64,000 bases of DNA from Lobosporangium transversale (Eukaryota), in assembly GCF_002105155.1 (NCBI RefSeq), contig NW_019028989.1:186001-250000 (forward strand). Direction: 5' to 3'. The position numbers and the translations under genes were made by a program. Position 1 is the stretch's first letter; each line of letters opens with the position of its first letter. This document shows positions 12,642 through 26,042 of the stretch, piece by piece. The notes beneath the pieces are model-generated. The model was not told the DNA's origin and made no database searches. It saw only the letters and a list, made by a program, of their open reading frames with translations.

Positions 12642-15600
12642 AAAAAGAAAAAAAAAGAAAAAGAAAAAAAAAGATGAAAAAGTATGTTTGAGATTAGAGT
12701 CAAGTCATTAGGATTTACAAAAGCAAGATGGACAGATTAGATGGACGTGTTCAAGTGTGAGAATGTGTGTGAAGGTTGTGTGCTGTGTGCCTGAAAGGCG
12801 CTACGGCTCTGCTGCAGTATGTCTCTGATTCAATATTCACCGCACCCCTATCCCACCAACGTTCTGTGTAGCGTTATTCGCTCAATTTTTTTTTTTTTTT
12901 TTTTTTTTTTGCAGTGTTGCTCAGCATATGAGACCTGATTGAAATATTATTAATAATAATAATAATAAAGATGTAGAGGACGTTTGATGGATGATTGTGT
13001 GAAGAAGGATGAATTGGATGAGGGTGAGAAATAAAAGAGATGTATGAATGAATGTGAATGATGTGAATGAATACGAGTTTGTGGATGACTAGAAACTAAC
13101 TTTGCACTTACAAAGTATCTAGTAATTATAATTGAGACAAGGAAAGAAAAAGAGGAGGGAATATGGTGAGGAAGGAAGAAGAGAGGAGGGATGAAGAGGA
13201 TGAAGAAAGGGAGACAAAGGGAAAGAGGGAAAAGAGACAGAAGCAGAGAAGCAACAGAGCAGAAGCAGAGGGAGAGAAGAGTGAGATGACACATACGACT
13301 TGTTCCTACGTTAAGACAGAACGGTGTCCAAGGAAGAGAGTAATGTAAAGGAACAAAGGGAACCAAAACAAGTGTGGTGACTACACAACATGTTCAGGCA
13401 GAGGGCAATGGAGGATGGTCAAAGTGAAGCAAACAAGCCAGAGGACGATTTGAATAAACAAAAAAAAAAAAAAAAATACAATAACGATTCAATCCTGATT
13501 CAATGCGCCACTTATTCAACCCTTTTGCCAACCAATACAAATATACTATATACATGTAATATATATATTATATATACAGAATATTATAAATGTACAATAT
13601 TATATTCGTTTCAATAGAGTGCTGTACATATTGAATTCAATTCAACATTTTAACAAAATAAAGAATAAAAAGGAACAACAATAACAAAAAAAAAAAAAGA
13701 GCGATGCGTTTCTCTTGAAGGCGATGCGTGACGAGAAGACATGCTTAATTCACACAAACCCACAACACGAGAATGTCATGACAGCATGAGATGAACAATG
13801 AAATACTGAAACATTGTCAATGTGAATGAAACCATGGAAAAAAAAAAAAAAAAAAAAAAAAAAGATCGCTGCCCCAACCCTTCATTTCTCAAGTCATTTT
13901 TTTTTTTGTTGTTGTTGTTGTTGTTGTTGTTGTTGATGTTGATGCTGATGTTAATGTTGCTGCTATTCTTATTATTCTTATATACTATTGTTGCTGTAGA
14001 TTAAACTCGTACCCAATAGTAAAATCTTTTTTAGCTGGGTTAGTTGGCTGAATGAAAAACTTAGTTTGGCAGTGATCCTTTTTTTTCTTTTGGTCGCCAC
14101 AGAAGGTGTTATTGAATGAAGGGGAGAGATTAGAAATAGGAAAAATGAAAGTGTAGCGAAATGTAGGGGGGGGGGGGGGGCGAGAAAGACTGAGCGTTCA
14201 AAGAGGAAGAGGAGAAGAAGGAGAAGGTTATGGATTGATAGAAAAAAAGAAAAAAAAAAAAAAAAAAAAAAAAGTTGAGGTAAGGATAGGCCAGGGGGAA
14301 GAGGAAGGGTTGTTGAAATGCAGACAGGAGCGTGTTGTATGCGCGTTTGCAACATCAAACATCAAAGCATATAATGTTTGAATACACCAAGAGAAAAAGA
14401 ATGAGAGAGTAGACTACAGTATAAATATACATACTTTTGTATAAAATAAAAATATTTATGTCAATGTATACCCACAGTCGAAATTGTGCATGCGGGCAGA
14501 GTGCATACGAAAAGCATAGAGCGAAGATGTTGGGAGGCGGGAAGAAATGGCGGAGGAAAGAGGAGAAGGAACAGTAGGGATGAAAAAACGAAATAGAGGA
14601 ACAGACTCCTTTTTTTTTTTTTTTTTTAACTTCAAAAAAAAAAAAAAAGAAGAGAAAAGAAAAAGAAGAGCGAATGAATTCATTCTAAGGAAGAGAGCAA
14701 GGATCAATATTAAACAAATGGCTTACTTTGTCTAATCTCTTTGATGCCAACCCAATGCGACATGATAAAAATCCCATGAGCGCGTGCAATCTTATGATGG
14801 AATAGAAACAATAGAAAGAACAAATTTGCATGGCATTCCATCTAGCATGACATGCATCCTGTCCAATGGTTTCATTGATAAAGATTTGATGGCCCATGCT
14901 ACTGCTCCCTGTATATCTTAAATACCTTGACCTACCCTGTGAATCGAGGGATGATGTAGTTCTACTCGTGATGAGAAGGAAAAAGAAAAGGTCTGAATGG
15001 GGCTATGGAATAGGGGTTATAGGGATACTCCATAGGCACAGTGCAAAGAAGGGGGGAAAGGAAGGAAAAAAGAAAAAGAAAAGAAATGGAAATGGAAATG
15101 GCTGAGTAATGGTACTGAACTGTTGTGCCTCTACAAGAGAAAAAAAAAATAGAATAGCTTACTCCACGTCTCACTCCATTCAGCCAAGCTTTCTAGCCTG
15201 CTTTTTTTATCTTCCTTCATCCCGTTCATCAGACGCCAGGATCAATAGAGCTACTTCACTAAACTCACGAGAGCCACAGCACTGGACGAGCTGCGGGTAT
15301 TTTTTTTTTATGGTATGTTTAGGTTCGAATATGCATGTTTGTATTCATTGCATAGTCCATTCGCACTCGAAGCTGTTGTAACTTTTTTTTTTTTTTTTTT
15401 TTTTTTATTTATTTATCCATTTATTTATTTTATTTTATTTTTTACTTTATTTTTTTTCCAGTTGTCTTTTCCGTCGTTCGAGAGCCTTGTTTCGACATTT
15501 ATCATATAAATAAATATATTATAACTAGCTATTAGGAGAATTCTCTTTTTTATCACAAACACGGCACCTCAACTCTGGGAAGGGTAAGTAAGGGTTGTGC

Positions 15601-15961
15601 TCATTATTGTTTTTATGAAGAGAGAAAAAAAAAAAAAAAAAAAAAAAAAAGTTTAAACGTAAACGTGAATGTGGTTGAGGAACTACAAAAAAAAGAAAAG
15701 AAGAGAAAAGAAACAAAGAGATCCTTTGGAATAACCGAAGGGGAGAGGGGACGTCTTCAATGTTTCTCCGGTTTATAAAGACCATTGGTTGATTGGAGTG
15801 CAGATGTCTGTTAGTACTTGTAAGAGTTCGGCAACTCTGGATCAGCTGCACAATAGATTGACAGTGCATACCCCATTCTTTTTTAAATGACATGACATGT
15901 ATATCTGTTATACTGTATACAAACGGATTGAAAGAAGAAGAGAGAGGAAGGATGATGGAGG

Positions 15962-15992
<31 letters not shown>

Positions 15993-16532
15993 AAAAGAAA
16001 TGCCATGTGCTATTCTTGGCAGAGTAACAAGCGCGTACCCTGAGTCATTCATCGAACAAAAACCAAAAAAAGGAAAAGGTATAAACAATCTGCAAGGCAT
16101 ACCGCTGTGCTTCCATTGTGATTTATTCTACAGGATAATTTATATTTACTGTTGTTATGGTCTAATGGTCAACCATGAAAAGGGAAAAAGTATATAAAAT
16201 AAAATATAAAAAGGGGAGATTGGGGGGAACGTAGGGGGTCTTTTTTTTTTTTTTTTTTTTTTTTTCTTTTTAAAAATGTTGTAGCGTACGTAGTGTAGCG
16301 TGTAATGTATAATGTGTAGTGAATAGTCTATAGTGTGTAGTGTGAAGTGTGTAGTGTGTAGTGAGGAAAAAAAAAGTGTGAGACAAATCGGGCAAAAGAC
16401 AGAATTGACAAGGAGTGGCGAGACGCTTGATGTCGTCGCGCAATGGTGTCTGCGCAGATACCTCTTTCTCTCACACTCTGCGTTGTCTGAGCTCTCTTTC
16501 TCTTTTCTCTTTTTCTCTCTTTTGTCTGTCCT

Positions 16533-16566
<34 letters not shown>

Positions 16567-16567
<1 letters not shown>

Positions 16568-16611
16568 GATTGTTTGATTGTTTGATTGTTTGATTGTTTG
16601 ATTGTTTGATT
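16567..16611. repeat. (TGATTGTT)n 8-bp tandem repeat
   Basis: About 5.5 perfect units following a T tract. Confidence 0.9.
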
Positions 16612-17784
16612 ACCCTGCCAAAAGGAAATCAATGCTTTAGGAGGGAAAAAGTAGGAAAAGAGAGAGCGAGTTGGTGGCTGTGAGCATGTGTGTACATTTC
16701 AATGTAAATGAAAAAAGCATCTAAAGTATTATACATCTGTATATTATAACATGGGTTGTATGCGTGCATGGAAGTGAGCCATCCGATTTGAAATTCCTTC
16801 GCATATGATTTGAAGCGTAAGAGAAAAAAATTACAGGTGTCTTCACCTTACAGCCTAACAGACCAATTGATTGAAACGTACATTTATATTAATACACATT
16901 CAAATACTCCAATACATTTGTGTATAACATGGACATGTAGTCTGCATAGCCCTCAACAGAAGCAAACATAGCGAAAAAGATGATTCACGATTGAAAAGGA
17001 ATGTGTACACTGTACATTTACATTTACAATTACAATTACATTCAAACATATACATGTATATATATACATCGATGAGATTATACATACACATGTAGGACAG
17101 AAAGGCAAAAAAGGAGTACAATCGTGGTTTATATTCAACACCGATTTCTTTACTTTTCTTTCTTTTTTTTTTTTTTTTTTTTTTTGTTTCTTTCTCCAAG
17201 CAACAAGCAATATGCAATAAAGCACGCACACCCGATACACGATACACGAGCAGCAACACAGGGAAAAGGTAAAAAAAATAGAAATAAAAGACCCAGGGCC
17301 TGGGCCTTTTTTAACTCATTTTTTTTATTCCACGGTTATTCCTAAATTCTCTTCTCTTGTTGATTGTGTCTGTGTGTGAAAAGTTTTGACTGAACTTTTG
17401 ATGATAATTAAAAATGTTATTCCTTCCACATTCATATCTAACCCCAAACTATCTGCATGGCGCATGGTGCGTGGTGCATGGTGAAGCATATATACATTAT
17501 ATATATGTTAATAATATTATATATTATATACACACATATAATCTCCTTTTCATGTGCGGATTCCATGGCTCTCCTCCACTATTGCTCATTTTTAATATTT
17601 ATTTTGCTATACTCTGATGAACACTGCCTGTGCATGCCTGTGCATCCCCACATACACACACACAAATGCGAAATCAATAAAATCAATAAAAAAGTAATAA
17701 ATAAAAAATGAAACGGTCTATCAGCAGCGCATGCAATCCCCAATCATCACTCTTCACATTTCAATCCCTTCCCCTCAACTCTCC

Positions 17785-17788
<4 letters not shown>

Positions 17789-17822
<34 letters not shown>
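17789..17822. repeat. (CT)n microsatellite
   Basis: Seen directly. Confidence 0.95.
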
Positions 17823-17824
<2 letters not shown>

Positions 17825-20160
17825 CCTATTAGTCTTTTTTTGCTATGGTTTACCGAAAAATAAAAAATAAAATATATATAAAAAAAAAAAAAAGCTTGCT
17901 GCATGTTGTCGACATGCTCATATTATTCCTTTTGTTTGTCATGTCATCCATCCTCATCCAATGTTACACGAACCAAAGATGAACCTGTGTGCATGGCAAC
18001 ACGACACTAACGAACTAACGAACAATAACAGCAAATAACTTTTCCTTCACACTCAGATGGTCATCTCCTCCTCCTCCCCCTTGCTTTGACCTCGACGGTC
18101 TTCTATGCAGAAAAAGATGTTTTTATAAATATTGTTTGGATTTATAAAACCAAGTGTACATTGACATCAATATGCATTTTGATGGAAATGCTCCGTTTAC
18201 AACAACAAAAAAGATAAAAAGATCGCCGTAAAGGGATGAACAGAAAGAAACAACATCCTTTTGTATATGTATGTATATATGAAAAGAGTTGCATCTGCGT
18301 AGTATATTTGTACGATGTGTATATATACTTTTAAGGAACATTAACCGATTCCTCTATCCACTTTTTTCACTTTCCACTTTGTGTATTGTATATACCTAGA
18401 CAGAGTCAATATTTAGGGCTGATAAGGCTGTCACTAGGGCTAAAAGTAGTCTAAAAAATAAAAAAAAAGAAATGATCATCGCTCATAGCAATGAAAAAAA
18501 ATAAAAAAAAAAAATAAAAAAGGACCTAAACTTGAATATAGACATGAGCTTCTTTTTTTTAATATTTGATTTCACGTTCAGTTCGGAGTTGATCGAAACA
18601 AACAATCGAAATCGAAATCGAAATCGAAATCTTAATTAGAATAATCACACATTTTTGTACATATAAATATATATACATTAGACTATCATTCTCCGACAGA
18701 CTCTTAAGCTTTTTTTTTTTTTTTTTTTTTTTCCTCCTTTCTTTTCCTTCCTCTCTCTCTCCTTCTTTATTTGCTATGGACCTTTGTCTACACAGGAACC
18801 ACTAAATAGACTACACTCAATCAAAAGAAAAAAGTACCCGACCCAAACATCCAGCCATAAGAGAACCTTGATTGAAAATTGTTTTTTGTGTGAATCATTG
18901 ATCTTTTTAGCCCCAGTCCTAGCCCGAGTCCGAGGAAGGAAAAAAAAAAAAAAAAAAAAAAAAAATGTCGCTGTGCTCTGCTGACGAAATTGCTCCCTTA
19001 GTCTACTTACCCTTGTACTCAATATATTTGTCATTTAAACGCCTTTTTCACCCATGCTCATGTGTTAATTGATTAGTCTATTAGTTCTATATTTCCACTA
19101 CAGTATATATTTATATATTAAACAGCAAGAAACAACAACAACGAAAAAAAAAAAAAAAGAAGGGCTGTGTAATGTGTCATCGTTTTACCGGATTAGTTTC
19201 CACGTCGCGCGTCTTGGTTAACAAGATAATGGATTGTCAATTGATTTTTTTTTTTTTTTTTTTTTTTTTTTCCCTGTGGCTCTGTATCTTCATCGTTCAT
19301 AAATATATACTTTAGATTGACAATTAGAACCTAAAACATCCAAATGCATTAATGTGTACATGTATTTACACTGTAATGGAAGCAAACCCACTATGATAAT
19401 GCTTAATGAGCATGCTTCTAAAGGAGTACAGATTGCTTAGGAATGATGGATTTTTGATGGATCGATAACACTATCACCTGTTTTTTATTTTATTTTATTA
19501 TCGCTTCGGCACAGATAAACCTGTGTGGGCGTAAAAAAAAAAAAAAAGAAAGAAAAGAATTGGAACAGCGAATTGTCATGGTGCACAAAAAAGAAAATGA
19601 TGTTTACCGAATGCAAAAAAAAAAAAAAAAAAAAAAGTCTTCCTGCACCTGGTGAAACTGCATATGCTTGACTTTTTTGTCGTTATTAGACTACACAAAT
19701 ATTTCATACATGCATATATATCATAGTGCAGTTGCATAGTTGCAATGTTTTTTTTTTTTTTTTTTTTTCTCTGAGCCATGCGCCTCCTTCGTCTGCGAGG
19801 CGCCTCTGCATGATATAAATATAATTTACAATACAAATTCAGAAGATCACTGTCCCAAAGAAAAAGATTTTCGCAAGTGACTGCGTTCACTTTGTTCAAT
19901 ACGTTAAGCTGTGGCTGTGTGTGGATAGAAGAATTTTTCTGGGCTGCGATTGGTCAAATATATACTTTCCATGCCCACAAATAGAAAACACGTTCCTGAA
20001 ACGCGTGAAAGATGGATTTTCCCTTTTAAGCTTGAGGATACATCACGCATGAGTGAGTAGTAAAGAGGAATATACCGAGGAAAGCAATACTCATAGAGCC
20101 CACTTCGCCCTGAAACGCGTCCCATCCCCCTTCAACTTCTCCAACTTTCTCTCCCTACAC

Positions 20161-20194
<34 letters not shown>

Positions 20195-21751
20195 CGAAAG
20201 CTCTTCCTCTCTTCCTCACTTTGGACAATGATCTTTACTGACTTCTCTACTCCCCAATCCCTACGGCTAGATGCTCTTTCCTGTTCCTCCTCATTCTTTT
20301 TCCATCCTCCTGGGTGGTTTAAATCTATTTAACATCCCGTACAAGCAATTTGGCTAATAAATCTTAATTTTACGCCTCATTGTTTCCAATGCCTCTTTTA
20401 TTTTTTTTATTTTTATTTTATTTTTTTTCCTCGGAGTTGTCAATTCTTCTTCTTTTCAGTACTAGTTCCCAATGCCTTCAGCACTTTAATTCATTTATAT
20501 TCATTGAGTAGCTTCTTTACTTGTTTTTTTAAGCTTCCGTATAATGTCTTTGTACTATATATCTATATATATATATATATTATAGTCATCTCCTTCACTT
20601 TGACCACCATCATCGTTATGAACACCACATCATCTTCCCTTTGATTATTTGCTTTGATCTCTCCCTTTACCCCTAGCCTAGATAGCTCCCTGTTCAAGCT
20701 ATATATTAAGGTCTAACAGCCTACACTAAATTCTCCCCGTTATTTTTCTGCCTAAGCTTTATGTTTGTTATGAAACAGCATAACGGCAGAAAAATAAAAA
20801 AAAATAAAAAATAACTAAATAAATAAATTAGCGAGTCTAAATAGACTAATCATCTTTCGTGTTGTTTCATTGGTAAACTTAAGGTCCTCTCCTCGCCCCC
20901 CTCCCCCCCCCCCCCCCTTCCCTTGTTCTTAACCACAGACTGAAGAGGTCGCTTTACAGAATTTTCCTCCATTACTCCAGTTCACTCTTAACTTCTTTGC
21001 AATGTAATGTCTCAGCAGATATCGCGTTAACCCAAAGTAAGAAGCTTATAGCGTAAGCAATAATGGTTCTCTCGAGCTTCTTTTTCTCAGCCCTCCTTTG
21101 TATCCGATCCATTAATACTGGAGAATGAACCCGAATACCTTGAGCTTGATTCTGTCTGCCATAACCTCACTTACTCAAATATACTTGTGATCCCCACTGC
21201 CTCCTCCTGCAGCTGTGCAGATGACGATGTAAGCACTGATAAAGGTGGTCTGAAGTGATATTGGCGAGGATGGTAGCATTAGGCTGTCTCCCACGCATAT
21301 GGGAGCTACTGATAATAAAAAAATAAAAAATAAAAATAAAAATAAAAAAAAAAAGTATAACACAAACAGCTCATTGTGGACAGTTCTGTGGCAGTCTCAA
21401 CTTGCCTCTGGCACCTATCCTCTCCCACATATAGAAACTAGGATAAAGAAGGAGAGATCAATTGAGTTTTTCAGGAAAAATATCCACCATCCAGATCTTT
21501 GTACATGTACACTTTTCTTTTTTTAGAGTCAAAAATAAGAAAAAAAATAAAAAAAGGGACATGGGGTGGCATCAACACAATGATGTAAGAATATGAACAA
21601 GGCAGCTTTAGCTTCAAAAAGGTATGTAGTCAAGATATGTGTGCATCGGGGACTTGTTTGCCTCTCCCCTGTTGACATTTAAAGCGAAAAAAGCTTATGG
21701 ATCATGACGCGAAAACGAATGATGGACTTTATTGTGTTTTAAAGAGCAAAT

Positions 21752-22503
21752 TTAGTCGTTCTTTTTCGATGACAATGCAATTGAAGTAACAGACTCCTTG
21801 GTCATCTTTACGGGGGTATCTAATAGAGATCTCATAACAGGGCCTGTCTCGGTCATCTGTACGACCTTCTTCTGACCCTGCTCTTGACCGCGTATGTTTG
21901 CCTCTAGACTCTCAAGCAGCTCTTTATCCTCAACATCCCATTGGGACTCTTCTACCTCGTCGTTCTGATCACGAATGCTCTGTTTAACTTTCAGTTCTTC
22001 TGAAATCAACAGTTGACTGACTGATCTACTGTTACTGCCTCCAGATCCTTTTCGGTCGTCTATCAATTCGTCCTTTTGGACATTATTATCTTGACGCCTA
22101 GTTCGTTGTATCAAACTAGGAGAACGTGTTACTCCTGCAGTGTCCGATGTAGATTCACCCTGCTGGCTCTTTTCCATCTTCTTCTTTTCCTTTTCCGCCA
22201 AGCGTTCTCGTCGTCTCTGTTCCTTGGCCTGCTGCTGTTCTAGCTGCTGCAATCGACGCTGTTCTTGCTGCTCTGCAGTCAAACCCCCCTCGTTTTCCTC
22301 ATCAAGAAGATGCAGACGTTGGTGATGATAATAAATATCATCATGGCTTGGCAAGGGAAGTGCGTCTGCAGCCGTTTGTGCTAACCCTGACACCATGTCC
22401 AGTGTTCGTTGTCTAGAAGTCTGAAATCTATAAAGTACAAAGTCAAAAAGAAAAAAACTTTGTCAGCACTCAGTCTAGACGAGATGGCTATTAAAGCGTG
22501 AAT

Positions 22504-22539
<36 letters not shown>

Positions 22540-24501
22540 TTAGAGTCCTTGTAGCGCTCACCTGTCAGACTCCGCAACATCTGAGACCACTGTACGAATA
22601 CCTCCGATCAAAGAGCCAAAGCCCTTGAAAAGAGCTCGGCCAGTGTTAACTATCACCTCCTCTGCTTCTGGTGGAATAAATAGCCCACTAGATTCTCTCC
22701 TTGGTCTTCTCATATCCCGTTGTCCCTTGTGGAGCTGCATCTGATTCGAATCTGGATGCCCAGAACTACTGATACTGCTCTGACTCGAGTGACTAGCCTC
22801 AAACGACGTTGGACCATCTCCTCCATTGGACTGGGAAGAGGAGCATGTTGAGAGTGAAGACAAAGACGTCCTGTCGCCCTTCCTAGCCGAAGCAGAGTTC
22901 AAGCCGCTTCCGTTATGTCCAACAGGTGATATTGGGCTATTGAGACCATTGAGAGAGGAACAGTTGTTGAGATATGTTGGCAAGGGGCTGGCAGGTCGAC
23001 TTGAACCTGTAGCGTTTTGGCTCTCGCTTTTTCCTGGATTGCTACTAGTACTGCTCCGGCCACTCATCAATCCCCCAGGACTGTTTGTGGAGGGAGAAGG
23101 TAGATGATGATGATGCTGTTGTTGTTGGTGGATTACATTGATGTTATGGAGGCTAATACCACCGCTGACGCCGCTGATACTACTAACACTTCCAACAACC
23201 GTGCCCCAAATGCCTGCACCTGTGGATGACAACCGATGTGAGACAGACTGGGAGGTACTATGGCCATTCTGATGCTTTTCCCGTCCCTGGATCGATGCTG
23301 TCGCTTCGGCCTGCTGACGATTACGCTCCTCAATCATCATCTGGGACCAGCGTTCCTTGAGCTGAGTCAGTTCAGTCATATTTGTTTCCAAATCCTCACG
23401 TAGCTGTGCGATTCTAGCTTCCTTTTGGGCAATCACTGAGAGTAAACTTTCGCTAGTCTGCTGTGGAAATTCACTTTCAGTGGGTGAACTGACCATTGCA
23501 AGGTTACTGCTGAGTGCCTGAATATTTCTATTCTCAATAAGCGCAATCGAACTCTATCCACCAAACACGCCACAATAAAATAAATATGTATATCAGTTAC
23601 CATCATGTGAACATACGACATAAGCAACAACAATCACATCTATTCCTTTTAACCTTACCCGACTCAAACGAGCTGATCGGCCTTTTTCCCGCTCCCGTTC
23701 ACTCCCGTTGAGACCCGTAGTACCTGAACCGAATGAGGAAATCGATGTAGGTGTTCCAGGTGTTTGGTCCTCGCCCGTTTCTGAAAAATCCTCTCCCTGA
23801 TCTTCTTGATGCTGTTGCTGCTGGAATCGGTTCTGAAAATCTTGAGAAGCGCTTCGACGCGTTAGCATGACATGCTTCCCAGGACGATGGGTTGAAGATG
23901 GTGATGGAGGTACAGTAGAGTCACGGTCTTGTTGTTGTTGCTGTTGTTGCTGTTGTTGTTGTTGTTGTTGTTGTTTAGGGTGCTTCCTTGATAGAGACGA
24001 ATGACGGCTCAAACTGAGGGAAAGAGAAGAATTTCGTCCTAATGAGCCAGGTCCTGCAGTACCTGCGAAAGATGGAGATTCTTCAGCTACATCTTCTGGA
24101 AGAGAGGATGCTGATAAATCACGCTGGAGACTGGTAGTACGACGATGAGTCAATCGTTTTGAGGTCGGGTTAGATGCTGGTGAGGTAGGAGTGATGGGCT
24201 CCACCGACGAGGCGACTTCATCTGTCCCGTGCATCGAAGGGGTGGAAGACGGTGCGGGGGCGACACGAGTTGGGATAGTGAGAGACCTGAGATGGTGAGT
24301 AGTGTAGGAGTGACTGCGCGTACCGATCGTATAAGAAGGACGAGCTGGGAACGTGATGGGGATATTAGCAGAAGGAAGGGTGGCCGGTTGTGGAGAGGAG
24401 GGTTCGGACTGTGCTATGGGGAAACAGGATACGGATGCAAGTGTGGATAAGGAGGGGTTGCCGTTGGAGGAGGGGTTAAAGTCCTCTTGGTCCTGCCACA
24501 T
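21752..24501 (-). CDS. Largely disordered protein with a central coiled coil resembling Tda11/DUF4048
   Basis: Exons 24501-23659, 23553-22562 and 22427-21752 splice in frame. LLSVIAQKEARIAQLREDLETNMTELTQLKERW resembles the DUF4048 coiled coil (recalled, not searched). Confidence 0.7.
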
Positions 24502-25142
24502 TGGGTTGCTGGATGATGATGCAGAGTATACACTGGTAAGACAAGTAGATTGTGAAACAAAAAAAAAATAGGGTAATGAAAATGGATAAAGAGAAATGTA
24601 GTTGATGTGGATGTGGATGTGATGGGAGGGGTATAGATGTTTAGAAGCGTAGATGTGTAGATGTGGAAAATGTGAAGATGCGTAGATGTGTATAGGTAAC
24701 TAAATTGTGATGTGAAAGAGAGTGTAATGAAAAAAAAAAAAAAAAAAAAAAAAAAAAACGAGTAAAAAAAAGTGGCAATACATGAACACATGCCATGGGG
24801 AAAGTATTCGAAAAAAAAAAAAAGTCTAAATGTTTAGGATGTAAACGTGGGCAGGGTGCACTTGCACCATGCAAAAAATTATTTCACCCTTTGCTATTGG
24901 CTACATTACATTTTACACCAAAATTTTGTTCCTCGTCCTATCCTCTCTCTTGGTCTTCCTACCTGCATGTGAGGCGACTGTTCGATGCTTGTTGGTTTTC
25001 CAAATCTGCTCTGATTTCACCACAATTTAGCGGAATTGATTAGCATCCCCTGAATAGCTGCCGTCCAGAGGGACTACTTCGAATGGACAGGATTTACTGT
25101 GTTGTTCAAAACAATAAAACTTGACTGAAAGCCTGCTAATCC

Positions 25143-25370
25143 TCAAGCTATGAGGCAAATAATGCCTCTGAACGCTTCAATAGGATTGTGGCGAGCTTTT
25201 GGGGGTGCAGAAAAGACAGCATTGTCTCTTTTGAGCAATGAAGGATATAGGATTTGTTCCTTGGGGCAAACTTTTTTGAAACCACGCTTGTTGCTAGTAA
25301 AAACACAAATGGTTCCCGTTTTCCGCATACTTTCAGCGCTTCCACAATCCAAGGACTGTGATGTAGCCAT
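25143..25370 (-). pseudogene. Possible highly decayed IS630/Tc1-type DDE transposase fragment
   Basis: Across two frames reads MLSFL(H)P/PPK.RHNPIEAFRGII, resembling the 'FLPP...LNPIE.FW' catalytic-Glu motif. No other motifs were recoverable. Confidence 0.3.
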
Positions 25371-26042
25371 TAAATGTTACATGTTTGTCGAAGCATCAAT
25401 ACATCCCTTGCAAAAGTTCAGATATATGCTAAGAATATTGTTTAAGGGACGTAGTGTAGTCAATGACATGTGGTAGTGTTCAGGTGTTTATACAGTATCA
25501 TATGGAGTCCGAACAGTCGCCTGAGTATATATATTATATATATATATATACACATAGATATTATATATTTATGCCATGAAATCGTGTGTAACGCGTGCAT
25601 ACAACCGTTCAAGCTTTGTAATTCAAGAGAGGGCAAAGCCAAGAAGAGCCGTTGCAGAAAAAAAAAAAAAAAAAAAAAAACTCACTGCTCTCTTCTTTTT
25701 TATTTCTTTATTTTATTATTATTATTATTATTATTATTTTTTTACGTGGGTCCCACGACTGTAAGGGTTATTTTTTGATGAATACCTCAATTGGAGTAAA
25801 CATGAAGACACAACCTTGAGCATAGGAAACTGTTACTGTATTAGCACAAGTACAAGTACAAGATACAAGATAATGCTTTAGTTTTATTACGAATAGATAA
25901 ATAATATGCAAGGAGAAAAAAAAAAAAAAAAAAAGGTTTATGCAGGACATTAAATAATAAAAAGTCATAAAAGACACTGGTTGTACATGGGATTGCAAGA
26001 CTATTCCCAAAAAAGCAAACGTTAAAGGAAAGATCAAAAAGA

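Noticed and set aside
16280..16365. (TGTAGTG)-like degenerate repeats as interstitial telomere sequence
   Set aside because: Not TTAGGG-like and irregular; ordinary low-complexity sequence.
12387..20241. Many 60-190 aa ORFs in the ORF track, rich in F, K, L and Y
   Set aside because: They are translations of homopolymers and microsatellites with no coding signature.
21110..21175. ataccttgagcttgat resembles part of a fungal TPP riboswitch
   Set aside because: Lacks CUGAGA and the P5/GCG..GGA 3' elements, and there is no thiamine gene nearby.
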